Assembly (NCBI GenBank): GCA_014874475.1
Contig: JADBJJ010000022.1
Span: forward strand, 44,573-108,572
DNA length: 64,000 bases
Direction: 5' to 3'
Source of the DNA: Chloroflexota bacterium
GTDB lineage: Bacteria > Chloroflexota > Anaerolineae > B4-G1 > DUEL01
Shown: piece after piece, positions 1-9,812 of the stretch
Layout: each line of letters begins with the position of its first letter
How positions within the stretch are numbered: position 1 is the first letter of the stretch
Translations under genes and position numbers: made by a program
Notes under the pieces: model-generated
What the model saw: the letters and a program-made list of their open reading frames with translations, nothing else
The model's database searches: none
What the model was told of the DNA's origin: nothing

Positions 1-906
1 ACCGAGGAGGCCATCGCGCTGCGGGAGGTCCCGGCCCGGATGGCTGTCATCGGGAGCCAGCCGTGGGACCTGGAACTGGCCCAGTTCTTCCATATCCTGG
101 GTAGTCAGGTCACCCTTATAGAGCCCGGCCCCCAGTTGTTGCCCGAGGCTGACCGGGAGGTTGCCCAGCGGCTGAGCAAGCACCTCTACGATTCCGGCAT
201 CGCAATCCGGCGGGGCGTCGCGGTGGAGGCTATCCGCCAGCGGGAAGACGGTGCCCTGGCCGTCTTTTTAGTGAACGGTCAGGAAGTGGTGGCTGACCGG
301 GTTTTAGCGGCCCGCCGCCTGCCTAACTCCATCGGGCTGGGCTTGCAAGAACTGGGGGTCCGGACAGAAAGGGGCGCCATCCTGGTCAATGACCGGATGG
401 AGACCAGTGTCCCGCACATCTACGCGGTGGGCGACGTTGTCGCCGGGCCGATGTGGTCGCACAAGGCCAACGCCGAGGGCATTGTCGCTGCCGAGAACGC
501 GCTGGGACGGGCCAGCCGGATGGACTACCGAGCGCTCCCTCGCTGTGTCTATACCTGGCCGGAGGTGGCCTGGGTGGGTCTGACGGAGGAAGAAGCCCTG
601 GCGCGCGACCTGGAGGTGACGGTTGGCAAGTTCCCTGTCGCCATCAACCCCTATGCGATGATTCTGGAAGAGGGCGCGGGCATGGTCAAGGTCATCGCCG
701 GGCGGTACGGCAAAGTCCTGGGCGTCCACGTGATGGCCCCCGGTGCGGCGGACCTCATCAACACGGCGGCGATGGCGATAATGGCCGAAGCGACAGTAGA
801 GGAACTCATCCATCTGATCCCGGCTCACCCATCCATCGGGGAGGCGCTGGTGGATGCGGCGATGGATGTGGAGAAACGGTCGCTGCATCTACCTAAGTGG
901 GAGTGA
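1..906 (+). CDS. Dihydrolipoamide dehydrogenase-like flavoprotein, 5' end outside the window
   Basis: Frame open from base 1 (TEEAIALREVPARMAVIG...). Has ETSVPHIYAVGD, HKA and C-terminal HPSIGE motifs of Lpd. The NAD-binding GxGxxG is replaced by GSQPWD. Confidence 0.85.
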   Translation, partial: TEEAIALREVPARMAVIGSQPWDLELAQFFHILGSQVTLIEPGPQLLPEADREVAQRLSKHLYDSGIAIRRGVAVEAIRQREDGALAVFLVNGQEVVADRVLAARRLPNSIGLGLQELGVRTERGAILVNDRMETSVPHIYAVGDVVAGPMWSHKANAEGIVAAENALGRASRMDYRALPRCVYTWPEVAWVGLTEEEALARDLEVTVGKFPVAINPYAMILEEGAGMVKVIAGRYGKVLGVHVMAPGAADLINTAAMAIMAEATVEELIHLIPAHPSIGEALVDAAMDVEKRSLHLPKWE

Positions 907-962
907 GCGGGTTTGGCAGCGGTGGCCTTCGGCCGCCACTGCAAAATCCCATCCCTGTATAG

Positions 963-2507
963 ATGCTGGCTATGACGGATATCCTCTCCGTCATCCGTCT
1001 GGGGGTAGTGGGCTACGAGGAGGCCTTACGGCTTCAGGAGGAACTCGCGGCCGCCCGTGCACGCGGCTCTATCGGCGACATCCTGGTTCTCCTGGAGCAT
1101 CCACCAATCATCACCATCGGAAGGAGCGGTGGGGAAGAAGACCTGTTGGTCCCCCGGGAATCCCTCCTTCAGCGGGGCATTCGCGTGGTCCCTACCGACC
1201 GGGGCGGACGGGCCACCTATCACGGCCCAGGGCAACTGGTCGCCTATCCCATCCTCAGGCTGCCTGATGGGGACCTGTACCGATACATCTGGCGGCTGGA
1301 GGAGGTCGCAATCCGGACGCTGCAAGTCTTCGGCTTGAGGGCCGAACGCCTGGAGGGGCATCCGGGCGTCTGGGTGAACGGCCGGAAAATCGCCGCCATC
1401 GGCATCTCCGTGCAGAACGGAGTCACCCGCCATGGATTGGCACTGAACATCGCCCCTCAGATGGCTCACTTTGATCTTTTTATCCCCTGCGGACTGCGGG
1501 ACCGAGGGGTGACCTCTATGGAGCGAGAACTGGGGTATGTGCCGGACCTGCAGGAGGTCACCGACCGGTTTTTGCGGATGTTTGCCGAAGTGTTCGGTTA
1601 CCAGGTATGGGAAGAAAGTCCCGCGCGGCTCAAGGAATACTCAGGCGAACAGACCATGCAACCGGTCTGGTTATGGCGAAGCATTTCGGCGGAGCATCAG
1701 GATGCTGTGCGCCGGATGGAGGACCTGCTGGATGGCCTGACGCTCCACACCGTCTGCCAGGAAGCCCTTTGTCCCAATCTGCCGGAATGCTTCGGACAGG
1801 GCACGGCAACGTTTTTGATTCTGGGGGACGTCTGCACCAGAAATTGCCGCTTCTGCGCGGTGAAGAAAGGGCACCCGCTTCCTCCAGACCCGGAGGAGCC
1901 GGAGCGAGTGGCGGAGGCGGCGGCTCAACTGCACCTGCGGCACGTGGTGGTCACCTCGGTGACCCGGGACGACCTGCCTGATGGTGGTGCAGGTCACTTC
2001 GCGGCCACTGTACAGGCTATCCGTCGCCGGTTGCCGGGGGTCGGGGTGGAAGTCTTGATCCCCGATTTTCGGGGGTCGCTAGCCGCCCTGGAAACCGTCT
2101 TAGATGCAGACCCCGATGTGGTGAACCATAACATGGAAACCGTGCCCCGGTTGTATCCTTTAATTCGTCCCCAGGCCAATTACCAGCGCTCCATCGGCCT
2201 CCTATCTTGGATCAAGATCCGCGCTCCTCACGTTGCGACTAAATCCGGGCTCATGCTGGGATTGGGGGAACAGATAGCGGAGGTCCTGCGGGTCTTATAC
2301 GACCTGCGAGCGGCTGGATGTGATATGCTCACTCTGGGGCAATATCTTCAGCCCACCGAGCACCAGCACCCGGTCGTTCGGTATATTCCCCCAGAAGAGT
2401 TTGCTGAATACCGTGAGAAAGCAGAAACCATGGGATTCCGGAGGGTGATCGCAGGTCCGCTGGTCCGGAGTTCGTATCAGGCCGGACGACTGACGAATTT
2501 TCCCTGA
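963..2507 (+). CDS. lipB-lipA: LipB octanoyltransferase-LipA lipoyl synthase fusion
   Basis: N half has LEHPP, DRGGRATYHGPGQ, KIAAIG and PCG. C half has CQEALCPNLPEC (CX4CX5C), CTRNCRFC and RSSY. Confidence 0.95.
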   Translation: MLAMTDILSVIRLGVVGYEEALRLQEELAAARARGSIGDILVLLEHPPIITIGRSGGEEDLLVPRESLLQRGIRVVPTDRGGRATYHGPGQLVAYPILRLPDGDLYRYIWRLEEVAIRTLQVFGLRAERLEGHPGVWVNGRKIAAIGISVQNGVTRHGLALNIAPQMAHFDLFIPCGLRDRGVTSMERELGYVPDLQEVTDRFLRMFAEVFGYQVWEESPARLKEYSGEQTMQPVWLWRSISAEHQDAVRRMEDLLDGLTLHTVCQEALCPNLPECFGQGTATFLILGDVCTRNCRFCAVKKGHPLPPDPEEPERVAEAAAQLHLRHVVVTSVTRDDLPDGGAGHFAATVQAIRRRLPGVGVEVLIPDFRGSLAALETVLDADPDVVNHNMETVPRLYPLIRPQANYQRSIGLLSWIKIRAPHVATKSGLMLGLGEQIAEVLRVLYDLRAAGCDMLTLGQYLQPTEHQHPVVRYIPPEEFAEYREKAETMGFRRVIAGPLVRSSYQAGRLTNFP

Positions 2508-2519
2508 CGGTGGCAATAC

Positions 2520-2548
2520 TTGCGGAGGCCTCCATGCTGTGGTATAAT
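2520..2548 (+). promoter_or_regulatory. Sigma70-type promoter of the thiamine operon
   Basis: TTGCGG, 17-bp spacer, TATAAT with upstream TG, just 5' of the TPP aptamer. Confidence 0.7.
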
Positions 2549-2564
2549 TTAACCAACAACTGAA

Positions 2565-2675
2565 TCCTTCCCAGGGGAGTCCGGGCGAGCCGGGCTGAGA
2601 GGGCGTCCATCGGCTAGATGCTGCCGACGCCGACCCTTTGAACCTGATCTGGGTCATACCAGCGGAGGAAGGGGA
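2565..2675 (+). promoter_or_regulatory. TPP riboswitch aptamer
   Basis: Conserved THI-box elements GGGG...GCTGAGA...GACCCTTTGAACCTGATCTGGGTCATACCAGCGGAGG, P1 TCCTTCC/GGAAGGGGA, upstream of thiamine genes. Confidence 0.95.
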
Positions 2676-2715
2676 GCAAAGGGCCCTTTGGGTCCGTGTT
2701 GATGTTGAAAAAAGG

Positions 2716-2744
2716 CCGTCCCACGCTGGTGGGACGGTTTTTTT
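2716..2744 (+). terminator. Intrinsic terminator, expression platform of the TPP riboswitch
   Basis: CCGTCCCAC-GCTG-GTGGGACGG followed by T7. Confidence 0.85.
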
Positions 2745-2817
2745 CTCCCCAGGCTGTCCCCAGCAGGTCAGCTCGTGCCCCCACGGTCTCCCAATCATAT
2801 GACCCGTTTCAAGGAAG

Positions 2818-3425
2818 ATGTATAAAATTCAAGCACCCCCCGAATGGGGCATAGAGCCGGTCCCGTCATCTCACCGCATTTTGGGATTCCTAGATTACTT
2901 CGCCCTCTGGTCCAGCCTGGGGGTGGGACTGCTGGCCTTCCCGCTCACCCTGGTGGATAAGACCGATAACGGCTTCGCCGATATCTACTCTGCGGCTGTC
3001 TCCGGTCAGAATCTGGTCCCCCGCGCCACCAGTGGTGGCTGACGGTAGCCGTCGGCGTTATCTGTTTCATCCTGGCGGTGACGGTGCCCATCACCCAATA
3101 CGAGCACTTTCTGCTCTTGATCGGCTCCGTCTTCGTGCCCCTCTTTGGGATTCTGGCTGCCGATTACTTCCTGCTGCCGGGGCGGCGGTACGACGTGCCC
3201 GAATTCTACCGCCCGCAGGGTCGGTACTGGTATCGGGAAGGCCTGAATCCGTGGGGTCTCCTGATCTGGCTTCTGGGCGTACTGACCTACCAGGCCATCG
3301 CCCGCTACCTGCCCTGGCTGGGGGCCTCGGTGCCGGCTTTTCTCTTCGCTCTCATCGTCTATTTTGCTCTAGGAAAACTTTTCGTGAAGGAGGACCGAAA
3401 TGAACTGGAACGAGCGAGTCGCTGA
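2818..3425 (+). pseudogene. cytX: CytX-like NCS1 (hydroxymethylpyrimidine/cytosine) permease, internally deleted and frameshifted
   Basis: N-terminal GIEPVP...LGFLDYFALWSSLGVGLL joins directly to the late-helix motif DNGFADIYSAAVS. The frame shifts near 3025 into ...FLLLIGSVFVPLFGILAADYF. About 200 codons versus more than 400 for NCS1 permeases. Confidence 0.8.
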
Positions 3426-4203
3426 ATTGCGGGAGCAGGTTCGCCAGCAACGGCCCTTGCTCCACCACATCACCAACTTCGTCGTGATGAACGACACGGC
3501 CAACGTGACGCTCCACATCGGCGGCCTGCCGGTGATGGCCCACGCACGGGAGGAGGTGGCAGAGATGGTCGCCGCTGCCGGAGCGCTGGTTCTCAACCCC
3601 GGCACGCTCACCCCCGAATGGGTAGAGTCTACGCTGGTCGCCGGGAAGCGGGCCAACGAATTGGGTATCCCCATCGTTCTGGACCCCGTGGGGGCCGGCG
3701 CCACAACGCTCCGCACCGAGAGCAACCGCCGCCTTCTGGAGGAACTGCAGATCGCGGTCGTCCGGGGCAATTCCGGCGAAATCGGCGCACTCACCGGCAT
3801 GGGCGGCGTGGTCAAGGGCGTGGAGACCGTCGTAGAGGTGGATGATCCGGTGGAGGTCGCCCAGGCGCTGGCTCGCCAGTATGGGGTGACCGTCGCCATC
3901 ACCGGCCCACGGGATACCGTCACCGGCGGGACACGTGTTTTTGGGGTGGATAATGGGCATCCGATGCTCAAGACCATCACCGGCACCGGCTGTGCGGCCA
4001 CCACGATGATCGCTGCCTTTGTTGCAGTGGAGCGGGACTATGCGCTGGCCACCGCGGCGGCACTGGCCTGCTTCGGCCTGGCGGCAGAAATAGCGGCCCA
4101 GGAGGCCCGCGGCCCGGCCAGTTTCAAGATCGCCCTGTTTGACGCCATCTACAACCTCTCCCGCGACCAGATTCTGGCCGGAGCGAAGGTGGTGGAACTG
4201 TAG
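3400..4203 (+). CDS. thiM: Hydroxyethylthiazole kinase
   Basis: PLLHHITNFVVMNDTAN, VLDPVGAGAT, RGNSGEI and TGTGC motifs; AGGAGG RBS. Confidence 0.97.
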   Translation: MNWNERVAELREQVRQQRPLLHHITNFVVMNDTANVTLHIGGLPVMAHAREEVAEMVAAAGALVLNPGTLTPEWVESTLVAGKRANELGIPIVLDPVGAGATTLRTESNRRLLEELQIAVVRGNSGEIGALTGMGGVVKGVETVVEVDDPVEVAQALARQYGVTVAITGPRDTVTGGTRVFGVDNGHPMLKTITGTGCAATTMIAAFVAVERDYALATAAALACFGLAAEIAAQEARGPASFKIALFDAIYNLSRDQILAGAKVVEL

Positions 4204-4212
4204 GAGGCCGCG

Positions 4213-4845
4213 ATGATCGACTGGAGCCTGTATGTCATTACCGATGCGAAACTCTCCCGCGGACGTTCCCATCTGGAGGTTCTTCGCGCTGCCATCGCGG
4301 GCGGCGCCACCGTCGTCCAGTATCGGGAAAAGGAGGGAACGACCCGCCAGATGATTGAGGAAGCCCGCGCGCTGCGGGAGTTGACCCGTCAGGCTGGAAT
4401 CCCCTTTATCGTCAACGACCGGGTGGACATCGCCCTGGCGGTGGACGCCGACGGGGTCCACGTGGGCCAAGACGATATGCCCGCCCCCGTTGCCCGCAGG
4501 CTTTTGGGGCCGGGGAAAACCGTCGGCGTTTCGGTGGACAATCTGGAGCAGGCGTTGCAGGCAGAGCAGGACGGGGCCGACTATGTGGGCGCAGGGCCCA
4601 TCTTCGCCACCTTGACCAAACCGGATGCTGCGCCGCCCATCGGCCCGGAGGGACTGGCCGAAATCTGCCGCCGGGTCTCTATCCCAGTTGTGGCCATCGG
4701 GGGCATCAACGAGGAGAACGCGGCCGCGGTCATCGCGGCGGGTGCTGCTGGTGTGGCCGTCGTCTCGGCGGTGGTGGCCGCCCCGGATGTGGAGGCCACT
4801 GCCCGCCGGCTGCGAGAGATCATAGAGGCCGCCCGCGCGCGGTAG
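4213..4845 (+). CDS. thiE: Thiamine phosphate synthase
   Basis: [28 protein letters not shown] and VAIGGI motifs. Confidence 0.97.
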   Translation: MIDWSLYVITDAKLSRGRSHLEVLRAAIAGGATVVQYREKEGTTRQMIEEARALRELTRQAGIPFIVNDRVDIALAVDADGVHVGQDDMPAPVARRLLGPGKTVGVSVDNLEQALQAEQDGADYVGAGPIFATLTKPDAAPPIGPEGLAEICRRVSIPVVAIGGINEENAAAVIAAGAAGVAVVSAVVAAPDVEATARRLREIIEAARAR

Positions 4846-4882
4846 GGCCTGCGGGCAGACATTCTGGATTCAGGAGGCAAAC

Positions 4883-5668
4883 GTGGTTGAACTGGACGAA
4901 CGCATCATTACCGAGGCTATCATCCACCGCTTCTTTGAGAAGTTAAGAGCCAACCTGGATGTGGATGTGGCCATTGTGGGCTGTGGGCCCAGTGGCTTGG
5001 TAGCAGGCACTTTGCTGGCAGAAGCCGGCAAGCGCGTGGCCATCTTTGAGCGCAAATTGAGCATCGGTGGAGGGATGTGGGGCGGAGGGATGCTCTTTAA
5101 CGAAATCGTCGTGCAGGAAAGCGCCCTGCATTTGCTTCAGCGTTTTGGCATCCGCTACGTTCCGTACCGCGATCACTACTACGCCGCCGATAGCATTGAG
5201 GCCGTCACTTCCCTGGCAAGGGCGGCGGTGCAGGCCGGGGCCACCATCTTCAACACAGTTACCGTGGAGGACGTGGTGATGCGCCCGGACCGGGTCATCG
5301 GGCTGGTGATTAACTGGACACCTGTGGAAATGGCCGGTCTGCACGTAGATCCCCTGGCCATCCATGCCCGCTTCGTGGTGGACGCAACGGGCCATGATAC
5401 GGAGGTCGTCCGGGTCGTGGCGAAAAAAGTCCCCGGAAAACTCAATACGCCTTCGGGGCAGATTGAGGGGGAAAAGTCCATGTGGTCGGAGCGGGCGGAA
5501 TCGCTGACTCTGGAGAACACCCGCGAAGTCTTCCCGGGCCTATATGTGGCGGGCATGGCCGCCAACGCCACCTACGGCGGGCCGCGCATGGGGCCTATCT
5601 TCGGAGGAATGCTCCTCTCCGGGGAAAAGGTCGCCCGGGAACTGATTCAGCGTCTCAGTGATCCCTGA
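4883..5668 (+). CDS. thi4: Sulfide-dependent ADP-thiazole synthase (Thi4, His type)
   Basis: [26 protein letters not shown] and [13 protein letters not shown] motifs. Confidence 0.95.
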   Translation: MVELDERIITEAIIHRFFEKLRANLDVDVAIVGCGPSGLVAGTLLAEAGKRVAIFERKLSIGGGMWGGGMLFNEIVVQESALHLLQRFGIRYVPYRDHYYAADSIEAVTSLARAAVQAGATIFNTVTVEDVVMRPDRVIGLVINWTPVEMAGLHVDPLAIHARFVVDATGHDTEVVRVVAKKVPGKLNTPSGQIEGEKSMWSERAESLTLENTREVFPGLYVAGMAANATYGGPRMGPIFGGMLLSGEKVARELIQRLSDP

Positions 5669-5681
5669 TCGAGAGGTGAGT

Positions 5682-6698
5682 ATGCGCGTACGCGACATTG
5701 GTGAATTTGGACTGATTGCCCGCATCGCCCGCGCGCTGCCCGCCCCGGGGAAGGGGGTGGTCGTCGGCATCGGCGACGATGTGGCCGTCCTCCGAACCGA
5801 TGGAACCCGTTACATCCTGGCGACTTGCGACATTCAGGTAGAGTCTGTCCACTTCCTGCGAGATCGCATCACTCCCCACCAACTGGGGCGGAAAGTCGTG
5901 GCGATCAACGTCAGCGACATTGCCGCAATGGGTGGATTGCCGCGCTACCTCCTGGTCTCGCTGGTGCTCCCCAAAGAGACCGAGGTGGCTTTCGTAGATG
6001 GCCTCTACGAGGGGATGCGGGAAGAATGCGCTCGCTGGGGGGCCGAAATCGTCGGGGGCAATATGGCCCACTCACCGGACGGTATCATCGTGGACCTCTT
6101 CCTGCTGGGGGAGGTGGAGCCAGACTGGCTGTTGCGGCGCTCCGGCGCGCGCGTGGGCGATCGAGTGCTGGTGACGGGCACCCCGGGCGATTCCGCTGCC
6201 GGGCTGGCGCTGCTGCTCCGTCCAGAGGCGACCTGTCCGGACGTCCACAGGGAGTTGGTTCTCCGCCGCCACCTCACCCCGACCCCGCGCCTCTGGGAGG
6301 GGCGGGCCATTGCCCGTTCCGGCCTGGCGACAGCGACAATCGATGTGAGCGACGGGCTGGCCAGCGATATCGGTCACATCTGTGAGATGAGTGGGGTGGG
6401 CGTCCGCCTCTGGGCAAGCGCGCTACCCATCTCCGAGGCGGCGCAGGCGGTGGCGGAGGCGACCGGCGCCAACGTGTTGGACTGGGCTCTTTTCGGCGGA
6501 GAGGACTATGAGTTGCTCTTCACGGCCCCCGCCGAGTCGGCGGAAGAACTGGCGCGCCAGGTGCGGGAGGAGACCGGCACCCCGGTGGCCATCATCGGAG
6601 AGATTACCCCTGCCGAGGAGGGAATGACTCTCGTCCGGGCCGACGGGGTCGCCCTGCCGCTCCAGAAGGGCGGCTGGGACCATTTCGCAAACCGATAG
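5682..6698 (+). CDS. thiL: Thiamine monophosphate kinase
   Basis: GEFGLI, GIGDDVAV, NVSDIAAMGG, DVSDGL and GGEDYEL motifs; GAGGTG RBS before ATG 5682. Confidence 0.97.
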   Translation: MRVRDIGEFGLIARIARALPAPGKGVVVGIGDDVAVLRTDGTRYILATCDIQVESVHFLRDRITPHQLGRKVVAINVSDIAAMGGLPRYLLVSLVLPKETEVAFVDGLYEGMREECARWGAEIVGGNMAHSPDGIIVDLFLLGEVEPDWLLRRSGARVGDRVLVTGTPGDSAAGLALLLRPEATCPDVHRELVLRRHLTPTPRLWEGRAIARSGLATATIDVSDGLASDIGHICEMSGVGVRLWASALPISEAAQAVAEATGANVLDWALFGGEDYELLFTAPAESAEELARQVREETGTPVAIIGEITPAEEGMTLVRADGVALPLQKGGWDHFANR

Positions 6699-6714
6699 AA
6701 TGTAAGGAGGTGAA

Positions 6715-7386
6715 ATGAAACCGCTCTTTACCGACGAATTATGGAATACCATCACACCCATTTTTCAGGCGATTCTGGAACATCCCTTCATCCGTGGGTT
6801 GACCGACGGGAGTTTGCCTGAACAGAGTTTCCGCTTCTTTGTCATTCAGGATGCGTTATACTTACAGGATTTCGCCCGCAGTCTGGCCCTTGCGGCGGCC
6901 AAGTCGCCCGAGGATACCGATTGTCAGATGTTTGCCGAGCACGTGAGGGAAGTACTGATCGCAGAAAGAGCGTTGCACGATAGCTTCTTTCGTGAATGGG
7001 GTTTGAGTCCGGAGGAAGTCTACGCGACTCCCCAGATGCCCACCACTCTGGCCTACACCTCGTATCTGCTGCGCGTCGCCTACGGTACGCCCTTCCCCGA
7101 ACTGGTTGGCGCTCTTCTGCCGTGTTACTGGATTTATTGGGAGGTGGGCAAGGCCTTAGAGGCGCAGGGTTCCCCTTCCCCACTCTATCGGCGCTGGATA
7201 GATCTCTATGCCTCGGAGCAGTTCGCCGCAGTTGTGCGGCCGGTAATAGATGTAATGAACTCGGTGGCCGAGGGGTTGCCGGAAAGCCAGCGTGCAGCGG
7301 TCCGGAATCATTTTATCACTACCAGCCGATATGAATGGATGTTCTGGGATGCTGCTTGGCGGCTGGAAGGGTGGCCGGTCGGATGA
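6715..7386 (+). CDS. tenA: Thiaminase II / aminopyrimidine aminohydrolase
   Basis: HPF, QDALYL, AYTSYL, ALLPCYWIY (catalytic Cys) and EWMFW motifs. Confidence 0.95.
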   Translation: MKPLFTDELWNTITPIFQAILEHPFIRGLTDGSLPEQSFRFFVIQDALYLQDFARSLALAAAKSPEDTDCQMFAEHVREVLIAERALHDSFFREWGLSPEEVYATPQMPTTLAYTSYLLRVAYGTPFPELVGALLPCYWIYWEVGKALEAQGSPSPLYRRWIDLYASEQFAAVVRPVIDVMNSVAEGLPESQRAAVRNHFITTSRYEWMFWDAAWRLEGWPVG

Positions 7387-7541
7387 ACCGCCCATCCCCC
7401 GTAGGGACGTTTGTGGTCAAGCGCGGAGCATGGGATGCCGTCCAAGAGGGCCATTGGGTGCTTACTCCGTCTCTGGAGCGCGTTGCACAAGTCCCAGTGA
7501 CATCCTTCTGGAGCGATCCGGGAAACGAAGAGGCAAAATGA
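7383..7541 (+). CDS. Small ORF (52 aa) or gene remnant
   Basis: ATG overlaps the tenA stop (ATGA) and the ORF fills the tenA-thiD gap. No recognisable family. Confidence 0.3.
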   Translation: MNRPSPVGTFVVKRGAWDAVQEGHWVLTPSLERVAQVPVTSFWSDPGNEEAK

Positions 7542-7548
7542 CACGGAG

Positions 7549-8364
7549 GTGGATATGAATATGAAGCGAGCATTGACCATTGCCGGTTCCGATTCCGGCG
7601 GCGGGGCGGGCATTCAGGCAGACCTGAAGACCTTTGCCGCGCTGGGCGTCTACGGGATGAGCGCCCTGACGGCCATCACCGCCCAGAACACCCTGGGCGT
7701 CCAGGGGGTACACGAACTCCCCGCCGAATTTGTGGGATTGCAGATTGACTCCGTCGTTACCGACATCGGGGTGGACTCGGTCAAGACGGGGATGCTGGCC
7801 AATGCCGACATCATTGCTGTCGTGGCGGCCAAGGTCCGGGAGCACGCGCTGCCCAACCTGGTGGTGGACCCGGTGATGGCGGCCAAGAGCGGCGATCCGC
7901 TACTGCGGCCCGAGGCGCGGGACGCGCTGCTCGGCCTGCTCCTGCCGCTGGCCGTTATCGTTACCCCTAACCTGCACGAGGCGCGCGTCCTGACCGGGAT
8001 GGAGATAGAGACGGTGGGAGATATGGAACGGGCGGCGGTGGCGATCCACCAGATGGGGCCCCGCTCCGTGGTGGTCAAGGGAGGACATTTAACGACGGAG
8101 GACAGCGTGGACGTCCTATACGATGGGGAGAGGTTTTACCACTTCCCCTCTCCGCGCGTGGAGACGAAGAACACCCACGGCACGGGGTGTACCTTCGCCT
8201 CGGCGATCGCAGCGGGGTTGGCGCAGGGGCTGGATGTGGTGGAGGCGGTGCGGCAGGCCAAGGAGTACATCACCCTGGCCCTGCGTCATGCGCCGAACCT
8301 GGGGCAGGGTCACGGCCCCACCCACCACTTCGCTGCGCTCTACGCAAAGATGGGATGGTTGTGA
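7549..8364 (+). CDS. thiD: HMP/HMP-P kinase
   Basis: TIAGSDSGGGAGIQADLKTF, TAQNT, KTGML, TPN and THGTGCT motifs. The true start may be ATG 7555 or 7561. Confidence 0.97.
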   Translation: MDMNMKRALTIAGSDSGGGAGIQADLKTFAALGVYGMSALTAITAQNTLGVQGVHELPAEFVGLQIDSVVTDIGVDSVKTGMLANADIIAVVAAKVREHALPNLVVDPVMAAKSGDPLLRPEARDALLGLLLPLAVIVTPNLHEARVLTGMEIETVGDMERAAVAIHQMGPRSVVVKGGHLTTEDSVDVLYDGERFYHFPSPRVETKNTHGTGCTFASAIAAGLAQGLDVVEAVRQAKEYITLALRHAPNLGQGHGPTHHFAALYAKMGWL

Positions 8365-8550
8365 TTACAGGCGCCTCTCTGCGGCCAGCACTGCCTGGCG
8401 GAATATCTCCAGCCCTTCCTCCACCTGTGCCCGGTGGATGGTCAGCGGCGGGATGAGGCGGATGGTCTGGGTCCAGTGGCCGCAGGGGTAGAGGAGCAGG
8501 CCGTCTTCCAGCGCCTGTTGGAGGACGCAGCGGACTGCCCCTCTGGAGAG
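8365..8550 (-). pseudogene. C-terminal remnant of a class III PLP aminotransferase
   Basis: Minus strand reads VLQQALEDGLLLYPCGHWTQTIRLIPPLTIHRAQVEEGLEIF...RL*. An upstream in-frame stop lies near 8566 and there is no start codon. Confidence 0.75.
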
Positions 8551-8666
8551 TAAAAAACACTTCTCTTAGACCGCGAGAGCGACTGGAGGTCTATGCAGGG
8601 GGCTCCAGCGCCACAGGCTAAGTTAGGAAAAGGGTAAAGAGCAGAGGGGGCGGACAAAAAATCGTT

Positions 8667-9800
8667 TCACCATTTTTCCCGATGGCGCATAACGACGCTT
8701 TCTACCAGCCCCAGCGCGGTCATATAGGTCACCAGGGCGGTGCCGCCGTAACTAATGAAGGGGAGAGGCAGACCGGTCACGGGCAAAAGCCCGATATTCA
8801 TCCCCACATTGATCAGAAGCGGGACGTAAAGGATAACTCCTACCCCCACGACTATCAGTCGCCCGAATCGGTCGGGCGCCAGGACAGCCGCCCGCAATAG
8901 CCGCCAAGCGATGAGGATAAACAGAAAGAAGACCAGCATCGCCCCGATGAAACCCAGTTCCTCCCCGATAACGGAGAAAATGAAGTCCGTGTGACGGACC
9001 CGCAGGAAGTGCAACTGGCTCTGGCTGCCCCCGCCGTAGCCCTGCCCCCATAGCCCGCCGGAGCCGATGCTGATCAGTGCCTGATGAATGTTGTAGAGCG
9101 CGCCGGGGTCTCGTTCAGGATTCAGAAAGACCAACAATCGCTGCCGCTGGTATTCTTTCATCATCTGCCAGAAGGGAACCGCACCCGCGAGGGCCAGTAG
9201 TCCCGTGCTGATGAGATACAGGAGGCGCACGCCGGAAACGAAAGCCATCACCGCCCAGGCCACGATGTAAATGAACGCCGTGCTCAGATCGGGTTCCCGA
9301 AAGACCAGTGCAGCGACAATCAGCGTCAGAAAGCCGGAGAGGACGTAGGGAATGAGCCCCGGCGGCACGTTCTCTGGCACCGCATCTCCTGACCCACGGC
9401 GTTTCAGGCGAAACCGGGAATTCAGAACGGCAGCCACAGTGACCACCTGGAGGAGCATCGCTGGGAACGAGGGCTGAAAGCGGAAGGAGCCAATGAAGAA
9501 CCAGCGCCGCACGTCGCCGATTTCGCTTCGGCCGATGAAGAGCACCAGGACCAGGAGTCCCAGGGCGACCAGGTAACCCAGCCACCAGACCGGACGCCAC
9601 CACGTATAGGGGGCGGCAGCCACGAGGAGGAAAAGCGCAAAGCCAATAATGGCAAAGTTCGCCTGACGCCGCCACAGATCGGCCAGGTCGGGGGTGTTGG
9701 TGGTGGCGCTGCGGATCATCGCCACGCCCAGCGCCACCAGCAGCACCATCACGACCAGGAGGAAAAAATCAAACTGTCGCCAAGGTTGAATCGGACGCAT
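8667..9800 (-). CDS. rodA: SEDS family peptidoglycan polymerase RodA
   Basis: RRW, FQPS, EPDL, IGSGG, HTDFIFSVIGEE and LPFISYGG motifs. Confidence 0.93.
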   Translation of the reverse strand: MRPIQPWRQFDFFLLVVMVLLVALGVAMIRSATTNTPDLADLWRRQANFAIIGFALFLLVAAAPYTWWRPVWWLGYLVALGLLVLVLFIGRSEIGDVRRWFFIGSFRFQPSFPAMLLQVVTVAAVLNSRFRLKRRGSGDAVPENVPPGLIPYVLSGFLTLIVAALVFREPDLSTAFIYIVAWAVMAFVSGVRLLYLISTGLLALAGAVPFWQMMKEYQRQRLLVFLNPERDPGALYNIHQALISIGSGGLWGQGYGGGSQSQLHFLRVRHTDFIFSVIGEELGFIGAMLVFFLFILIAWRLLRAAVLAPDRFGRLIVVGVGVILYVPLLINVGMNIGLLPVTGLPLPFISYGGTALVTYMTALGLVESVVMRHREKW

Positions 9801-9812
9801 AAAAGACTTGTG

